Shown here: one piece after another, positions 23,076-33,068 of the stretch
Layout: every line of letters starts with the position of its first letter
How positions within the stretch are numbered: the stretch's first letter is position 1
Source of the DNA: Bugula neritina
Taxonomy: Eukaryota; Animalia; Bryozoa
DNA: 64,000 nt
NCBI GenBank assembly: GCA_964035545.1
Contig: OZ037766.1
Span: 806,001 to 870,000 of the forward strand
Reading direction: 5' to 3'
Notes under the pieces: model-generated
Told to the model about the DNA's origin: nothing
Database searches by the model: none
The model's input: the letters and a program-made list of their open reading frames with translations, nothing else
Program-made: the position numbers and the translations under genes

Positions 23076-24497
23076 ACTATATAAATGTGACTGTCAGGGA
23101 TTCTATAAGCTCCGCCCACCTGTATTCAACCAGTGTGTCAGTAGATAATACTTGTGTGTTTATTTTAGATGGGATGTACCTACTGAGAAAGAGTATGTTG
23201 GAGTTATCACCACTTGCTAAAGTATCTCTGTACATCAGCTAGATTATAGACAATACAGTAACAAGAATTTACCACTAAGAGGTCAATAGTTAAACACTAT
23301 TAGTGGATATTGGATATTGGCTGGATATTTGTATAGTATTATCAGTGTTATGATAGTCTAAGTGGAGATAACCACTAATAAGTTTTGTTGCATTGTATAA
23401 TTTATTCTTTTTTCAATTTGTTGTTATTTAATTACTATATTAGTGACAGTTACTGTACCTGTCACACCAGTTGACATGTGTCACTTTGTTGACATGTATA
23501 CAGCAGGTGCTTCTCATAGCTTGATAGTGACAGACAGTGTAAATATCTAATACTTGGTCTGCTAACTATTACCAACTATAATGTAGGATCTATTAACTGA
23601 TGTAAAAGTATTCCAATGTACATTAAAAGCTAGGAGTTGTCTCCTATATTCACTGTGTCTAAAGTGAGTGCAAGAAGCTGCTACTCTGAGGAATAATCAT
23701 GTGACCACCCACTAAGTAATCATGTGACCACCCACTAAGTAATCATGTGACCACCCACTAAGTAATCATGTGACCACCAACTAAGTAAGTTTGTCTCAAA
23801 CCCAGTTTCCATGACAACTAATAACAGAGACAGGAAATAACTAAACCTCACTCTGATACTAGTACCACGTGACTCCTTGTTATTGAGCAATGTCTAATAA
23901 GTAATATCAATATAATAAAGATAATACATAATATATTCACTCTGGGGTAGCAGCTACTTAACATATTTTAGTGCCAACCCTTTAATGGCTGCTAACACTT
24001 TAAAGAAAGAAACTTGTTTGTTTTGTGATAAAATATCCCAAACACTTGAGTGCAGATTAAATATTCCAAGAGATTTATTGGTATAATTATAAATATTATA
24101 AAGATAATGTTAATTACTTTGAAGTGACAACTTAACATATTTTAGTGCCAACCTTTTCTGGTTGACAACATTTTAGAGAAAGAACTTGTTTTGTAGATAA
24201 AATATCTGATTACTTGCATGTAACTTAAATATTTACACACTTTTATCAGCATAACTATAAATATAATACAGTTTGACATATTCCAGGGTAGTTTGGTCAC
24301 TCAAGTATTACTCTATACTTAATGATGTCCCACACAGTCCAACTTTTGTATATAATCATGTACCACTCCACTCTCCCTTTCAGACTAGAGGTTAAAGTCA
24401 GCTACCATACCTGCTGCCTATTATTCTACCCAGCTGCTGGTAGGAGGTGAAATATTCTAACCAATAAGACAGCAGTAAAGTATTTTCTGCCTTGCTC
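23076..24497 (+). repeat. Segmental duplication block, copy 2
   Basis: Direct repeat of 14593-16266. Confidence 0.9.
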
Positions 24498-24990
24498 AAT
24501 CATACAGTTTATATCTAATACTGCAGAGAGCTTGAAATATCATAGAAAATGGCCTTCCTTGTCATAATAGATACCAGGTGTGATCATTTGTAAAAGCCTG
24601 AAGAGCAAGCTTCAGTACAAAATTTCTTTTGTGAATTTCCAGTTTAAAAACCTCATTATCTGAATAGATATCACATTATTTGACAGATGCCTGTTCTTAT
24701 GGAAATATTTGGTGGGCGTGTCCGTGTCGTAATCGAAGTGTGTTGTCACATTGACTTAATCAAATTAATCATGTTTGTTAACGGGGATTGAGAATTGTGG
24801 TCTTTTAACTACTTACTTATTTACTTAGTTGTTATTTAGTTTATCCAATCAAATGTTGATTTTTGGTGAAAGTTGTCACGTGACTTAGCAGTCCGTTTCA
24901 ATACTGCTGCACTATCTACACTCGCACAGAGATCACCTTTCAACCAACATCTTCTATATCAGAGCCGAAACTAGTAAGTTTGTAAAATAT

Positions 24991-25297
24991 TGTTATGTTT
25001 TCCAGAATTAGGGTTGATATGCAATCCAGAGAGTCTAGTTACTTGCTATAGAACTGCACCAGGATAAGTCGAGTGAACGAGTATATATTTTAAACACAAT
25101 AATACATTATAAAAACGATACAAATACATCTGACAATTTACACATCTAGACTATTCAGCACTCTAACTTCGACTGACTAACAGCGGGAAAACTATAATTG
25201 CTGCTAACTATTAAACACGCTAATTGGCTATCAATTGTTCCGGGTCAATTACGCGACCCTGCATGTTGTGCTGCTGGTAGCTCCACGAGCCACCACA
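24991..25297 (-). mobile_element. Solo LTR related to Gypsy-2
   Basis: 307 bp, TGT...ACA ends, diverged reverse complement of 25318-25623, flanked by ATAT on both sides (24987-24990, 25298-25301). Confidence 0.9.
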
Positions 25298-25317
25298 ATA
25301 TTGTAATTTACTTTTAT

Positions 25318-25623
25318 TGTGGTGGTTCGTGGAACTACCAGCAGCACAATATGTAGGGTCGCGTAATTGACCCGGAACAATGGATAACCAATTAGCGTAG
25401 TTGATAGTTAGCAGCAATTGTAGTTTCCCGCTGCTAACGCAGTCGAAGCTAGAGTGTGAAATAGATTAGATGTGTAGCTTGTTTGAGATAATGTATCGTG
25501 TTTTTCTAATGTATAGTTGTGTATAAAATATACTCGTTCACTCGACTTAACCTGGTGCAGTTCTATAATAGATGAATAGACTCTCTGGATAGTACATCAA
25601 CCCCAAAACTGAAAATTATAACA
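25318..25623 (+). repeat. 5' LTR of Gypsy-2
   Basis: Direct repeat of 32507-32812, followed by the PBS. Confidence 0.96.
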
Positions 25624-25624
25624 G

Positions 25625-25642
25625 TGGTGGCAGCGGTGGGAT
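25625..25642 (+). other. Primer-binding site, tRNA-Leu
   Basis: TGGTGGCAGCGGTGGGAT, the same PBS as Gypsy-1. Confidence 0.9.
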
Positions 25643-25654
25643 AGTGCATCCAAG

Positions 25655-26614
25655 ATGGAGACTGAAAATGCTGGAACTCAACCACCGACAATCGAAGGTG
25701 AGCGTAGAGACAATGCTGTAGAGACAATGCCTGTTAACCATGTAGTAGAAGAGCGAAGGGTTCCACGAGAACTAGCTGAATACCACTACAGGTTAAAGGC
25801 GCCCACCTTCACGGGTGAAGAGGAGGTGGAACAATTCATCCAAGAGTTTAGCGACGTAATGGACGTCGCTCAGTGGCCCCCTAGGGTGGCCCTGCTGAAG
25901 CTTAGAATGGCATTGATGGACAAAGCCAAGCCCTATGGGCTGGGCGTAGACATTGATAATATCTTTGCTTCTCTGCGGGCCCGCTTCGGCCTCTCGGCTA
26001 CAGATGCCAGGGCCCGATTACAGAGGTTGCGGCGTGATCCCCGCACCCCGCTGCGGGAGCATGCCGCCGCGGTCATGAAGCTGGCACAGATCGCGTACAG
26101 CGACTTGCCCCCAGTCAACCGTGAGAGGTACACCCTCGACGCTTTCATAGCATCTGTCGACGATCTGGGTCTCCACCACCAGTTTCTAGCTAGGGGAGTC
26201 ACCACCGTTGAAGATGCTCTGACTGAGGGGGAAGCTTACCTCCTAGCTAACCAAATGCATAAAAGTCGCGGAAGCTCCCGCCAGGTGGAGATAGACCGCG
26301 CAGACACGGCCGCGGGACAAGGGGAGGAAACCCCCGCCGCGGCTACCGTGTCCCAGTTGGCGACGGCATCAAAAGTCACTCAACTGACGGACATGCTAGC
26401 CAAGCTGATAGCAACACTGACACCACAAAACCCAGTGAGTACCGCCCCTGAGCCCATGCGGCCATCGGCGCCGCCACAGGGAGAAACAGTCAGTTTTTGC
26501 TGGGAGTGCGGAAATCAAGGACATTTCCGCCGATATTGTCCCTTCCTAAATCAGGGGTTAAACTACCGCGGCCCGCAGATGTTCCCACCTTCCGCGGGCC
26601 GACGAAACCTCTAG
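25655..26614 (+). CDS. gag: Gypsy-2 Gag
   Basis: APTFTGEEEVEQFIQEF motif; CWECGNQGHFRRYC knuckle; homologous to Gypsy-1 Gag. Confidence 0.93.
   Translation: METENAGTQPPTIEGERRDNAVETMPVNHVVEERRVPRELAEYHYRLKAPTFTGEEEVEQFIQEFSDVMDVAQWPPRVALLKLRMALMDKAKPYGLGVDIDNIFASLRARFGLSATDARARLQRLRRDPRTPLREHAAAVMKLAQIAYSDLPPVNRERYTLDAFIASVDDLGLHHQFLARGVTTVEDALTEGEAYLLANQMHKSRGSSRQVEIDRADTAAGQGEETPAAATVSQLATASKVTQLTDMLAKLIATLTPQNPVSTAPEPMRPSAPPQGETVSFCWECGNQGHFRRYCPFLNQGLNYRGPQMFPPSAGRRNL
26557..26601 (+). other. -1 programmed ribosomal frameshift signal
   Basis: G_TTA_AAC (26557-26563), 5-nt spacer, stem CGGCCCGC (26569-76)/GCGGGCCG (26594-601); pol is in the -1 frame. Confidence 0.82.
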
Positions 26615-29600
26615 GGAAGAAGAAACGCAGGTCACCCAGACGGGTACCGCGTACTGGCAACCAACAGTGGCAACAGCCACGACGGACCAGCAAGGGGCTT
26701 CGCCCCGCGGCTGCCTTTTCTATGCCCCTTCACAACAGATTTACAGGGCTACAAGTCCAAGAATCTGGATGGGAGCACACAAAGGTAGCTGAGAATCTAG
26801 CCTCGGCACCCCCGAGGCCTGCCTATCACCGCCCCAAGAGACCTCCTTCGCGACCCAAAGCGAGGGGGGTACTCCCTGCGAGAGTAAGGCCTGAAGGGAG
26901 AGTTCAGGTGCAGCCCCATGGGAACAGCTATTTCTTGCCCGGCAAACTAGAAGGCAAAGCTGTTACTTTTCTCATTGATTCGGGCTGTACCACAAACCTC
27001 TTAAGCCGCCAACTCTTCGACACCCTCAGTGCTAGGGTCAGGGGCGAGATGGAAGCATACGAAGGGGAATACGGCACCCTAGCTGACGGGTCATGCCTTC
27101 CCTTCTATGGTATAATTGAGCTGACGGGACGAGTCCGTGATCAAACGATCCAAGAGACGTTTATCGTCAGTCAGCTCAAGGAGGATGCTATCCTCGGGAT
27201 GCCGTTCCTTAAACGGCACGGATGTCACATAGATTTTAGCAGATCTGCAATGATGATGTCCGGGCGGGAACTCGCCTGCGTCGACAAGTTCGGCTGCCCT
27301 TTAGTGGGAGGTGTGCAAGTGGTACGCAACCGTACCATACCAGGCCGCTCCCGGGCTACCATCCACTGCAGGGTGAATAGTAGCCGGATCTCTGGACTCG
27401 GGGTGGTTGAAGGCGCGCACGAAAAGATCCAACTTGCCAGCAGTCTGAATCAGCTGACTGAGCAAGGGGAGATCTTAGTGCAGTGCGTCAACCCCTTTAC
27501 CGAGCCGATCAAGCTCCCGGCTGGGTCGATGCTGGGCCGTTTTCACTCTGTTCAAGAGGGAGACGTAGGCCCGTCGCTGGGTGATGCGACAGAGGCACTC
27601 CCTCGACACCCTATTCAGGGACGAGGGACAGTCCCAACACATCTCCGGGAGTTATACGAAACAGCCAGTGGCGGCTGCGCGAGTAACAGAGAACGCCAAG
27701 CTATGGCCAAGTTACTACGCGACTACGGTGATGTGTTCAGCAGCGGGGAGCATGACGTGGGACTGACTGGAATTGTCAGACACGAAATACCGCTGACTGC
27801 AGGGACAGTCCCTGTCCGGCAGCCCACACGCAGGCTAGGGCCGGAGAAAGAGAAGGAGGTTAGCCGACAAGTACGGGATCTTCTGGACCGGGGACTGATA
27901 GAGCCCGCCCATAGTGCGTGGAGCTCGCCAGTCGTACTGGTCCGGAAGAAAGACGGCAGTTGGCGGTTCTGTGTGGACTACCGCAAACTCAATAGCGTAA
28001 CCATACAGGACGCCTACCCTCTACCTCGTATTGACGAGTCATTGGACGCTCTAGCCGGCAGCAAGTACTTCAGTACGTTAGACTTGCTAAGCGGCTATTG
28101 GCAGGTTCCTCTGAGTCCCGACGCCCAAGAGAAAGCGGCGTTTATCACACGGGACGGTTTGTGGAAGTGGAAGGTGTTGCCCTTCGGGTTAACCTCCGCC
28201 CCAGCCACCTTCCAGAGGCTGATGGAACAAGTCCTTAGCGGACTCCATTGGAAGACACTGCTGGTCTACCTCGATGATGTCATCGTAATCTCTCCAGACT
28301 TCGAGACACATGTCAGTCGTCTGCAGGAGGTTTTCGAGAGACTCCGAGGTGCCGGTCTTAAGCTCAAACCTTCCAAGTGCGCTCTGTTGCAGCCGGAGGT
28401 CAAGTACCTGGGGCACGTTGTCGGTCGAAACGGCGTGGCAACGGATCCCGAGAAGGTACGGGCAGTAGAAGACTGGGTCACCCCCCAAGATTTGACCGGA
28501 CTCCGGGCTTTCTTGGGGCTGGTAGGGTATTACAGGCAATACATACCAGACTTTGCGGGCATAGCCCAGCCGTTAAACCGGCTTACCGCAAAGGGAGTGA
28601 CGTGGCAGTGGACTCCAGTCGAACAAGAAGCGTTCGACCGCCTCAAGGGCTGCCTCCTAACGGCGCCCATCTTGGCCTACCCAGACCCCACTCTGGAGTA
28701 CATCCTAGACACGGACGCCAGTGACCAGAATGTTGGCGCTGTGCTGTCGCAAGTGCAGGAAGGCCGAGAAGTAGTAGTAGCCTACTACAGCAAGTCGCTC
28801 TCTCCCGCTGAACGAAATTACTGCACTACCCGCAAGGAACTGCTGGCAGTAATCAAGTCAGTGAAGCACTTCAGACCATACCTATATGGCAGGAAGTTCC
28901 GGCTGCGTACGGATCATGCCTCGCTGATCTGGTTGTGCAGGAGAGCAGAGCCCTCTAGTCAGGTCGCCCGGTGGCTCGAAATCCTAGCTGAATTCTCGTA
29001 CCGGATCGAACATCGACCGGGCAAGAGACACAGCAATGCGGATGGGTTGAGTCGCCGACCTGACAGAGGTTGCAAACAGTGTCTCAACATCGAGAGGAGG
29101 GATGGAGGTCCCCCGCGATGCGAGTTGGAGACGCTGGCTCATCACGGAGCACCGTTTGACTGGGATCAAGGTCAACTCAGGCAGAGAGTTGATGAGTCCC
29201 CGGAGGATGTGCAAAACCTCCGCGCCAACCCTGTACTGGCCGGTAATGTTCGAGAGCTGAAGAAGCTCCAAGAAGAACTGCCTGGAGTCGTGGCAGATGT
29301 ATACCGGGCCAAACGAGAAGGGCGACGACCCAGCGAGGAACGCATAAGACAGGGATGCGCCGAGTTCCGGCTATACTGTCAGCGTTGGGACTCGCTGCGG
29401 ATCGGGCAGGATGGGTTGCTAACCATCTCTCTAGCTGCCAGCGGCAGACACCCGGAAAGAAAGAGGGTAGTCTGCCCCACAGCCATCCGCCGTGAGTTGA
29501 TTTGGGATACTCACAAGCAGGCCCACGCAGGGGTCAAGCGAGTGATATCCAAATTACGACTCCGGTGGTATTGGCCGCAGATGGAGCGTGACGTCCGGCT

Positions 29601-31125
29601 CAGAGTCAAACAGTGTGAGATCTGCCAGGCCAGTAAGCATAGCCGCCCCCCTGGTGAAGCAGGACGGCGGAGGCTATATGCTGGCAGGCCCTGGCAAGTA
29701 GTCGCTGTAGACCTGGTCGGACCCATGCCCCTGACCCCCAGAGGCAATAATTGGATCCTAGTACTAACCGACCACTTTACTAGGTGGGCGGATGCTCTGG
29801 CTATCCCAGATGCATCAGCCCCAACAGTGGCCAGGGCACTAGACCAACATGTATTCTGTTATTTTGGGCTTCCCGAACAGATACACTCTGATCAAGGCGC
29901 TCAATTCCAGTCTCAACTGATGAGCGACCTTTGTCACCTCTGGGGAGTAAATCAGAGCAGGACCACCCCCTACCACCCTCAAGGTAACGGGGTGGTGGAG
30001 CGCAACAACCGGATGCTAGGTGATGCGCTCCGGAGTCTCCTCCTTGGACGAGGTCAAGAGGAATGGGATACGGTGTTGCCGCAAGTCATGCGTGCATATC
30101 GTAGCACCCCACACACCAGTACTGGTGAGACCCCAAACCTCTTGATGCTCGGGAGAGAGACTCGTGTCCCTGACCATCTCACCTATCACGTTCCAGAGCA
30201 AGATAACTCGGTTCACGAGTATGCCAGTGAACTAGTGGAACGGATGAAGGCCGCACACGATATACTGCGTCAACAGCAGTGGAAGGTGCGGCACGAAGAT
30301 TCCGATGAACCCCCTCTCTATCAAAGGGGAGATAAGGTGTGGATGGTCAATTACCGTAGGCGCCGCGGACAGGCTGATAAGCTGAAGCCTAAGTTCGTAG
30401 GCCCCTACGTGGTCGTCGAGGCTATGCCCAATCATACGTACAAGATTGAGCGCTCAGGACAGGTGTCTATCCAGAATGAGTCTCGCTTGAAACCGTATTG
30501 GGCTAGCCCCGGCGGAGTGGGAGAAGCCCCCCCGTTGTTAGAGCCCAGAAGGCAGACAACAACGCGCGGGCGACGGCGGCATGGACCTGAATACGAAGTG
30601 GTCATACCGCGGGAAGAAAACTTGGTGAGAGAGGAGCGGCAGCTTCTGCCAACAGAAGCGTGTCCGCCACCGCCAAGTCTGATTCCATCACTTCCAGAAA
30701 CCGAGCCGGTTCCGGAAGTGCAAACCCCCACGGAGGGAGGGGCTCCATCCGGAGAACAAGAAGAGGTGACTGCTGACGGTGAAGTAGAGACGCCATTAGA
30801 GGCCCCTACTAACGAACCGGCAAGCGTGTCACCCCCCCTAGAAAGGGGACAGCGTACGAGGCAACCCCCCGCATACTTGAAGGACTTCGTATGTGACTGC
30901 GTTAAAAGCGGCACACATGAAAGTCTAGGGGAAAACCGTACGAGAAAAGAATCGAGCAAATGTGGGAGTTGTCAACACCACGGAAATATCAACTTTTACA
31001 TCGGCGGAAATAGAAATAAAATTCATCCGCCGGGTGCACAAAGTCTTAATCACGCACCCCAACCACGTTGCTCGATCTTTTCATACGCTGATGCAGTCAG
31101 GAGTAGACGTGTTTCTAAGCAGTAG
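26557..31125 (+). CDS. pol: Gypsy-2 Pol (PR-RT-RH-IN)
   Basis: LIDSG, YLDD, DASD, HHCC, integrase core and KFVGPY motifs; uninterrupted ORF. Confidence 0.96.
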   Translation, partial: VKLPRPADVPTFRGPTKPLGKKKRRSPRRVPRTGNQQWQQPRRTSKGLRPAAAFSMPLHNRFTGLQVQESGWEHTKVAENLASAPPRPAYHRPKRPPSRPKARGVLPARVRPEGRVQVQPHGNSYFLPGKLEGKAVTFLIDSGCTTNLLSRQLFDTLSARVRGEMEAYEGEYGTLADGSCLPFYGIIELTGRVRDQTIQETFIVSQLKEDAILGMPFLKRHGCHIDFSRSAMMMSGRELACVDKFGCPLVGGVQVVRNRTIPGRSRATIHCRVNSSRISGLGVVEGAHEKIQLASSLNQLTEQGEILVQCVNPFTEPIKLPAGSMLGRFHSVQEGDVGPSLGDATEALPRHPIQGRGTVPTHLRELYETASGGCASNRERQAMAKLLRDYGDVFSSGEHDVGLTGIVRHEIPLTAGTVPVRQPTRRLGPEKEKEVSRQVRDLLDRGLIEPAHSAWSSPVVLVRKKDGSWRFCVDYRKLNSVTIQDAYPLPRIDESLDALAGSKYFSTLDLLSGYWQVPLSPDAQEKAAFITRDGLWKWKVLPFGLTSAPATFQRLMEQVLSGLHWKTLLVYLDDVIVISPDFETHVSRLQEVFERLRGAGLKLKPSKCALLQPEVKYLGHVVGRNGVATDPEKVRAVEDWVTPQDLTGLRAFLGLVGYYRQYIPDFAGIAQPLNRLTAKGVTWQWTPVEQEAFDRLKGCLLTAPILAYPDPTLEYILDTDASDQNVGAVLSQVQEGREVVVAYYSKSLSPAERNYCTTRKELLAVIKSVKHFRPYLYGRKFRLRTDHASLIWLCRRAEPSSQVARWLEILAEFSYRIEHRPGKRHSNADGLSRRPDRGCKQCLNIERRDGGPPRCELETLAHHGAPFDWDQGQLRQRVDESPEDVQNLRANPVLAGNVRELKKLQEELPGVVADVYRAKREGRRPSEERIRQGCAEFRLYCQRWDSLRIGQDGLLTISLAASGRHPERKRVVCPTAIRRELIWDTHKQAHAGVKRVISKLRLRWYWPQMERDVRLRVKQCEICQASKHSRPPGEAGRRRLYAGRPWQVVAVDLVGPMPLTPRGNNWILVLTDHFTRWADALAIPDASAPTVARALDQHVFCYFGLPEQIHSDQGAQFQSQLMSDLCHLWGVNQSRTTPYHPQGNGVVERNNRMLGDALRSLLLGRGQEEWDTVLPQVMRAYRSTPHTSTGETPNLLMLGRETRVPDHLTYHVPEQDNSVHEYASELVERMKAAHDILRQQQWKVRHEDSDEPPLYQRGDKVWMVNYRRRRGQADKLKPKFVGPYVVVEAMPNHTYKIERSGQVSIQNESRLKPYWASPGGVGEAPPLLEPRRQTTTRGRRRHGPEYEVVIPREENLVREERQLLPTEACPPPPSLIPSLPETEPVPEVQTPTEGGAPSGEQEEVTADGEVETPLEAPTNEPASVSPPLERGQRTRQPPAYLKDFVCDCVKSGTHESLGENRTRKESSKCGSCQHHGNINFYIGGNRNKIHPPGAQSLNHAPQPRCSIFSYADAVRSRRVSKQ

Positions 31126-31149
31126 TTCAAACCATTTCACATACTCAGT

Positions 31150-32226
31150 ATGTCTTACGACAACAGATCGTGGGGTGAGTTAACTATATCTTAATACGAA
31201 ACTAGATTGCATCGCTCAGCTCTGACCCACTGAGTCAATCGAGCTGGAGATAGGTTAGTGAAATACCGTAGTAAGAACTCAGTTTGACTTAGAGATTTTT
31301 ATAATCTCATTGCAATACGGTTCTATCTGACTATTCACTATCATTAATCTCTACGAGGTAACTGAATTAGGAGTTGCCAAGCTGTTCAAGCTGACAACAC
31401 GACAGTGTACTGTACTAACACTGTTGAAACTTTTTCAGATTACACTCGACCCACTACAACCAGGGTACGGGATAGAACACTTCCCGCTCCGTATCCGGAG
31501 GACCAGGCTAGTGGTGACCGGCCTGAGCCACTACGCCGCCGTTGGCGGTGGGTGTCTCCACAAACCGAAGAAGAAATAGAAACAGCCTGGGGGTCCAGAG
31601 GACGGACGAGATGCCAGATCTGTGGTGAAGATTGCGCATCTCACCGCTCCCTTAAACTACACGTCAATGCTCACCTCCTACTGACCTTCTGCCCCTGCGG
31701 GTACAATGATGTGTATCCCTACCCCGTCACCAAACACAGAGCGGCGGGCTGCTTCCCTGGAGAAAACTATGTGGTCGACGCTAAGCTGTACCCGGAGTTC
31801 CTCACATATATACGACCTCTGGTAAAGAAGGCCATGCTATTAGCCGTTCTATCCTCGGGGTTCCAACGTGTGTTAGACAACGCCCGCCAACAATCCCCGT
31901 TGGTGTCTGACCGCCCTCAAATTACATACACCCCCGAGGAAACTACATATCCAGAAGAAGGAGAGATCTCCCCTACCCCGGCGAAGAGACGAACCAGGTC
32001 CCCCAGTCCACCCTTACGCCGCAGACGGACACCGTCCCCCGACCCGGTACGACTAGCCACAGTAGAAGAACGCCTCCTACGATTACAAGAAGAGTTCACC
32101 CAGCTGGCACCAGACCTACTTAACACTACCACAGGACTCTTCCAGCTCAAGGGATCCGTATGCCGTATGAAACGGAAACTGCGTACATGCCAAGCCAAAC
32201 ACCGGCGTGCCCAACAAGGACTCTAA
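31150..32226 (+). CDS. Gypsy-2 ORF3: spliced double zinc-finger / coiled-coil accessory protein (~270 aa); exons 31150-31174 and 31439-32226
   Basis: ATG exon MSYDNRSW+G, donor GTGAGT (31175), branch point TACTAAC (31413-19), acceptor TTTTTCAG (31438); phases match (G|AT = Asp). CQIC-x12-H-x3-H, CPC-x12-H-x4-C, basic AKRRTRS/LRRRRT and a C-terminal heptad repeat. Confidence 0.8.
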
Positions 32227-32506
32227 TATGCTACCCAGAATACTCCACATTTGGTGAGGAACCAAACTCGTGTAAATGCTTAACTGCTAGACAGGTTAAT
32301 CCTTGTCTACTACCACAGCTAGCTAGTATTCCTCGTCTATCTGTAGCTGGCCAATTGTATGCAACGGATCGTTACCGTGACTCTGTCTACTATTATGTCT
32401 CTTCCTGTATATTATGTATTATTTTTGTCCACTGATGTATGCAATTACTATTGAATGTTTTTTTTATATATATATCAGAAAGATAGCTTTCTGCTGGTGG
32501 GGGCGG

Positions 32507-32812
32507 TGTGGTGGTTCGTGGAACTACCAGCAGCACAATATGTAGGGTCGCGTAATTGACCCGGAACAATGGATAACCAATTAGCGTAGTTGATAGTTAG
32601 CAGCAATTGTAGTTTCCCGCTGCTAACGCAGTCGAAGCTAGAGTGTGAAATAGATTAGATGTGTAGCTTGTTTGAGATAATGTATCGTGTTTTTCTAATG
32701 TATAGTTGTGTATAAAATATACTCGTTCACTCGACTTAACCTGGTGCAGTTCTATAATAGATGAATAGACTCTCTGGATAGTACATCAACCCCAAAACTG
32801 AAAATTATAACA
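32507..32812 (+). repeat. 3' LTR of Gypsy-2
   Basis: Direct repeat of 25318-25623. Confidence 0.96.
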
Positions 32813-32942
32813 TTATTCTACTATCATTTCAAATAATATCATAATAGACTGCTATTTCCATATTACTATGTAGCACGCAGATGCCATTAATATTAAAATA
32901 CATTATTGTAATTGACAATTTATAACTTAATTTTGGATTTGC

Positions 32943-32957
32943 AAAGTGAAAGTGAAA
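32943..32957 (+). promoter_or_regulatory. ISRE / IRF-type motif upstream of the TRIM-like gene
   Basis: AAAGTGAAAGTGAAA matches the IRF/PRDM1 GAAANNGAAA consensus, about 110 bp before the ATG. Confidence 0.5.
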
Positions 32958-33068
32958 TTCTTGAGTTGAAAATCAATATTATTCACGGTAGGTAGCCAAC
33001 AATTTTCTAGTACTTAAAATGAATGCTAGTATCCTATACAATATTTTAGGTTTTTGTTCCAACTCAGA

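Larger units (their letters stand above)
25318..32812 (+). mobile_element. Full-length Ty3/Gypsy LTR retrotransposon (Gypsy-2)
   Basis: 306-bp LTRs 25318-25623 and 32507-32812 (TGT...ACA), identical by eye. TTAT TSD (25314-25317, 32813-32816). tRNA-Leu PBS; PPT GGTGGGGGCGG; intact gag, pol and ORF3. Confidence 0.97.
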
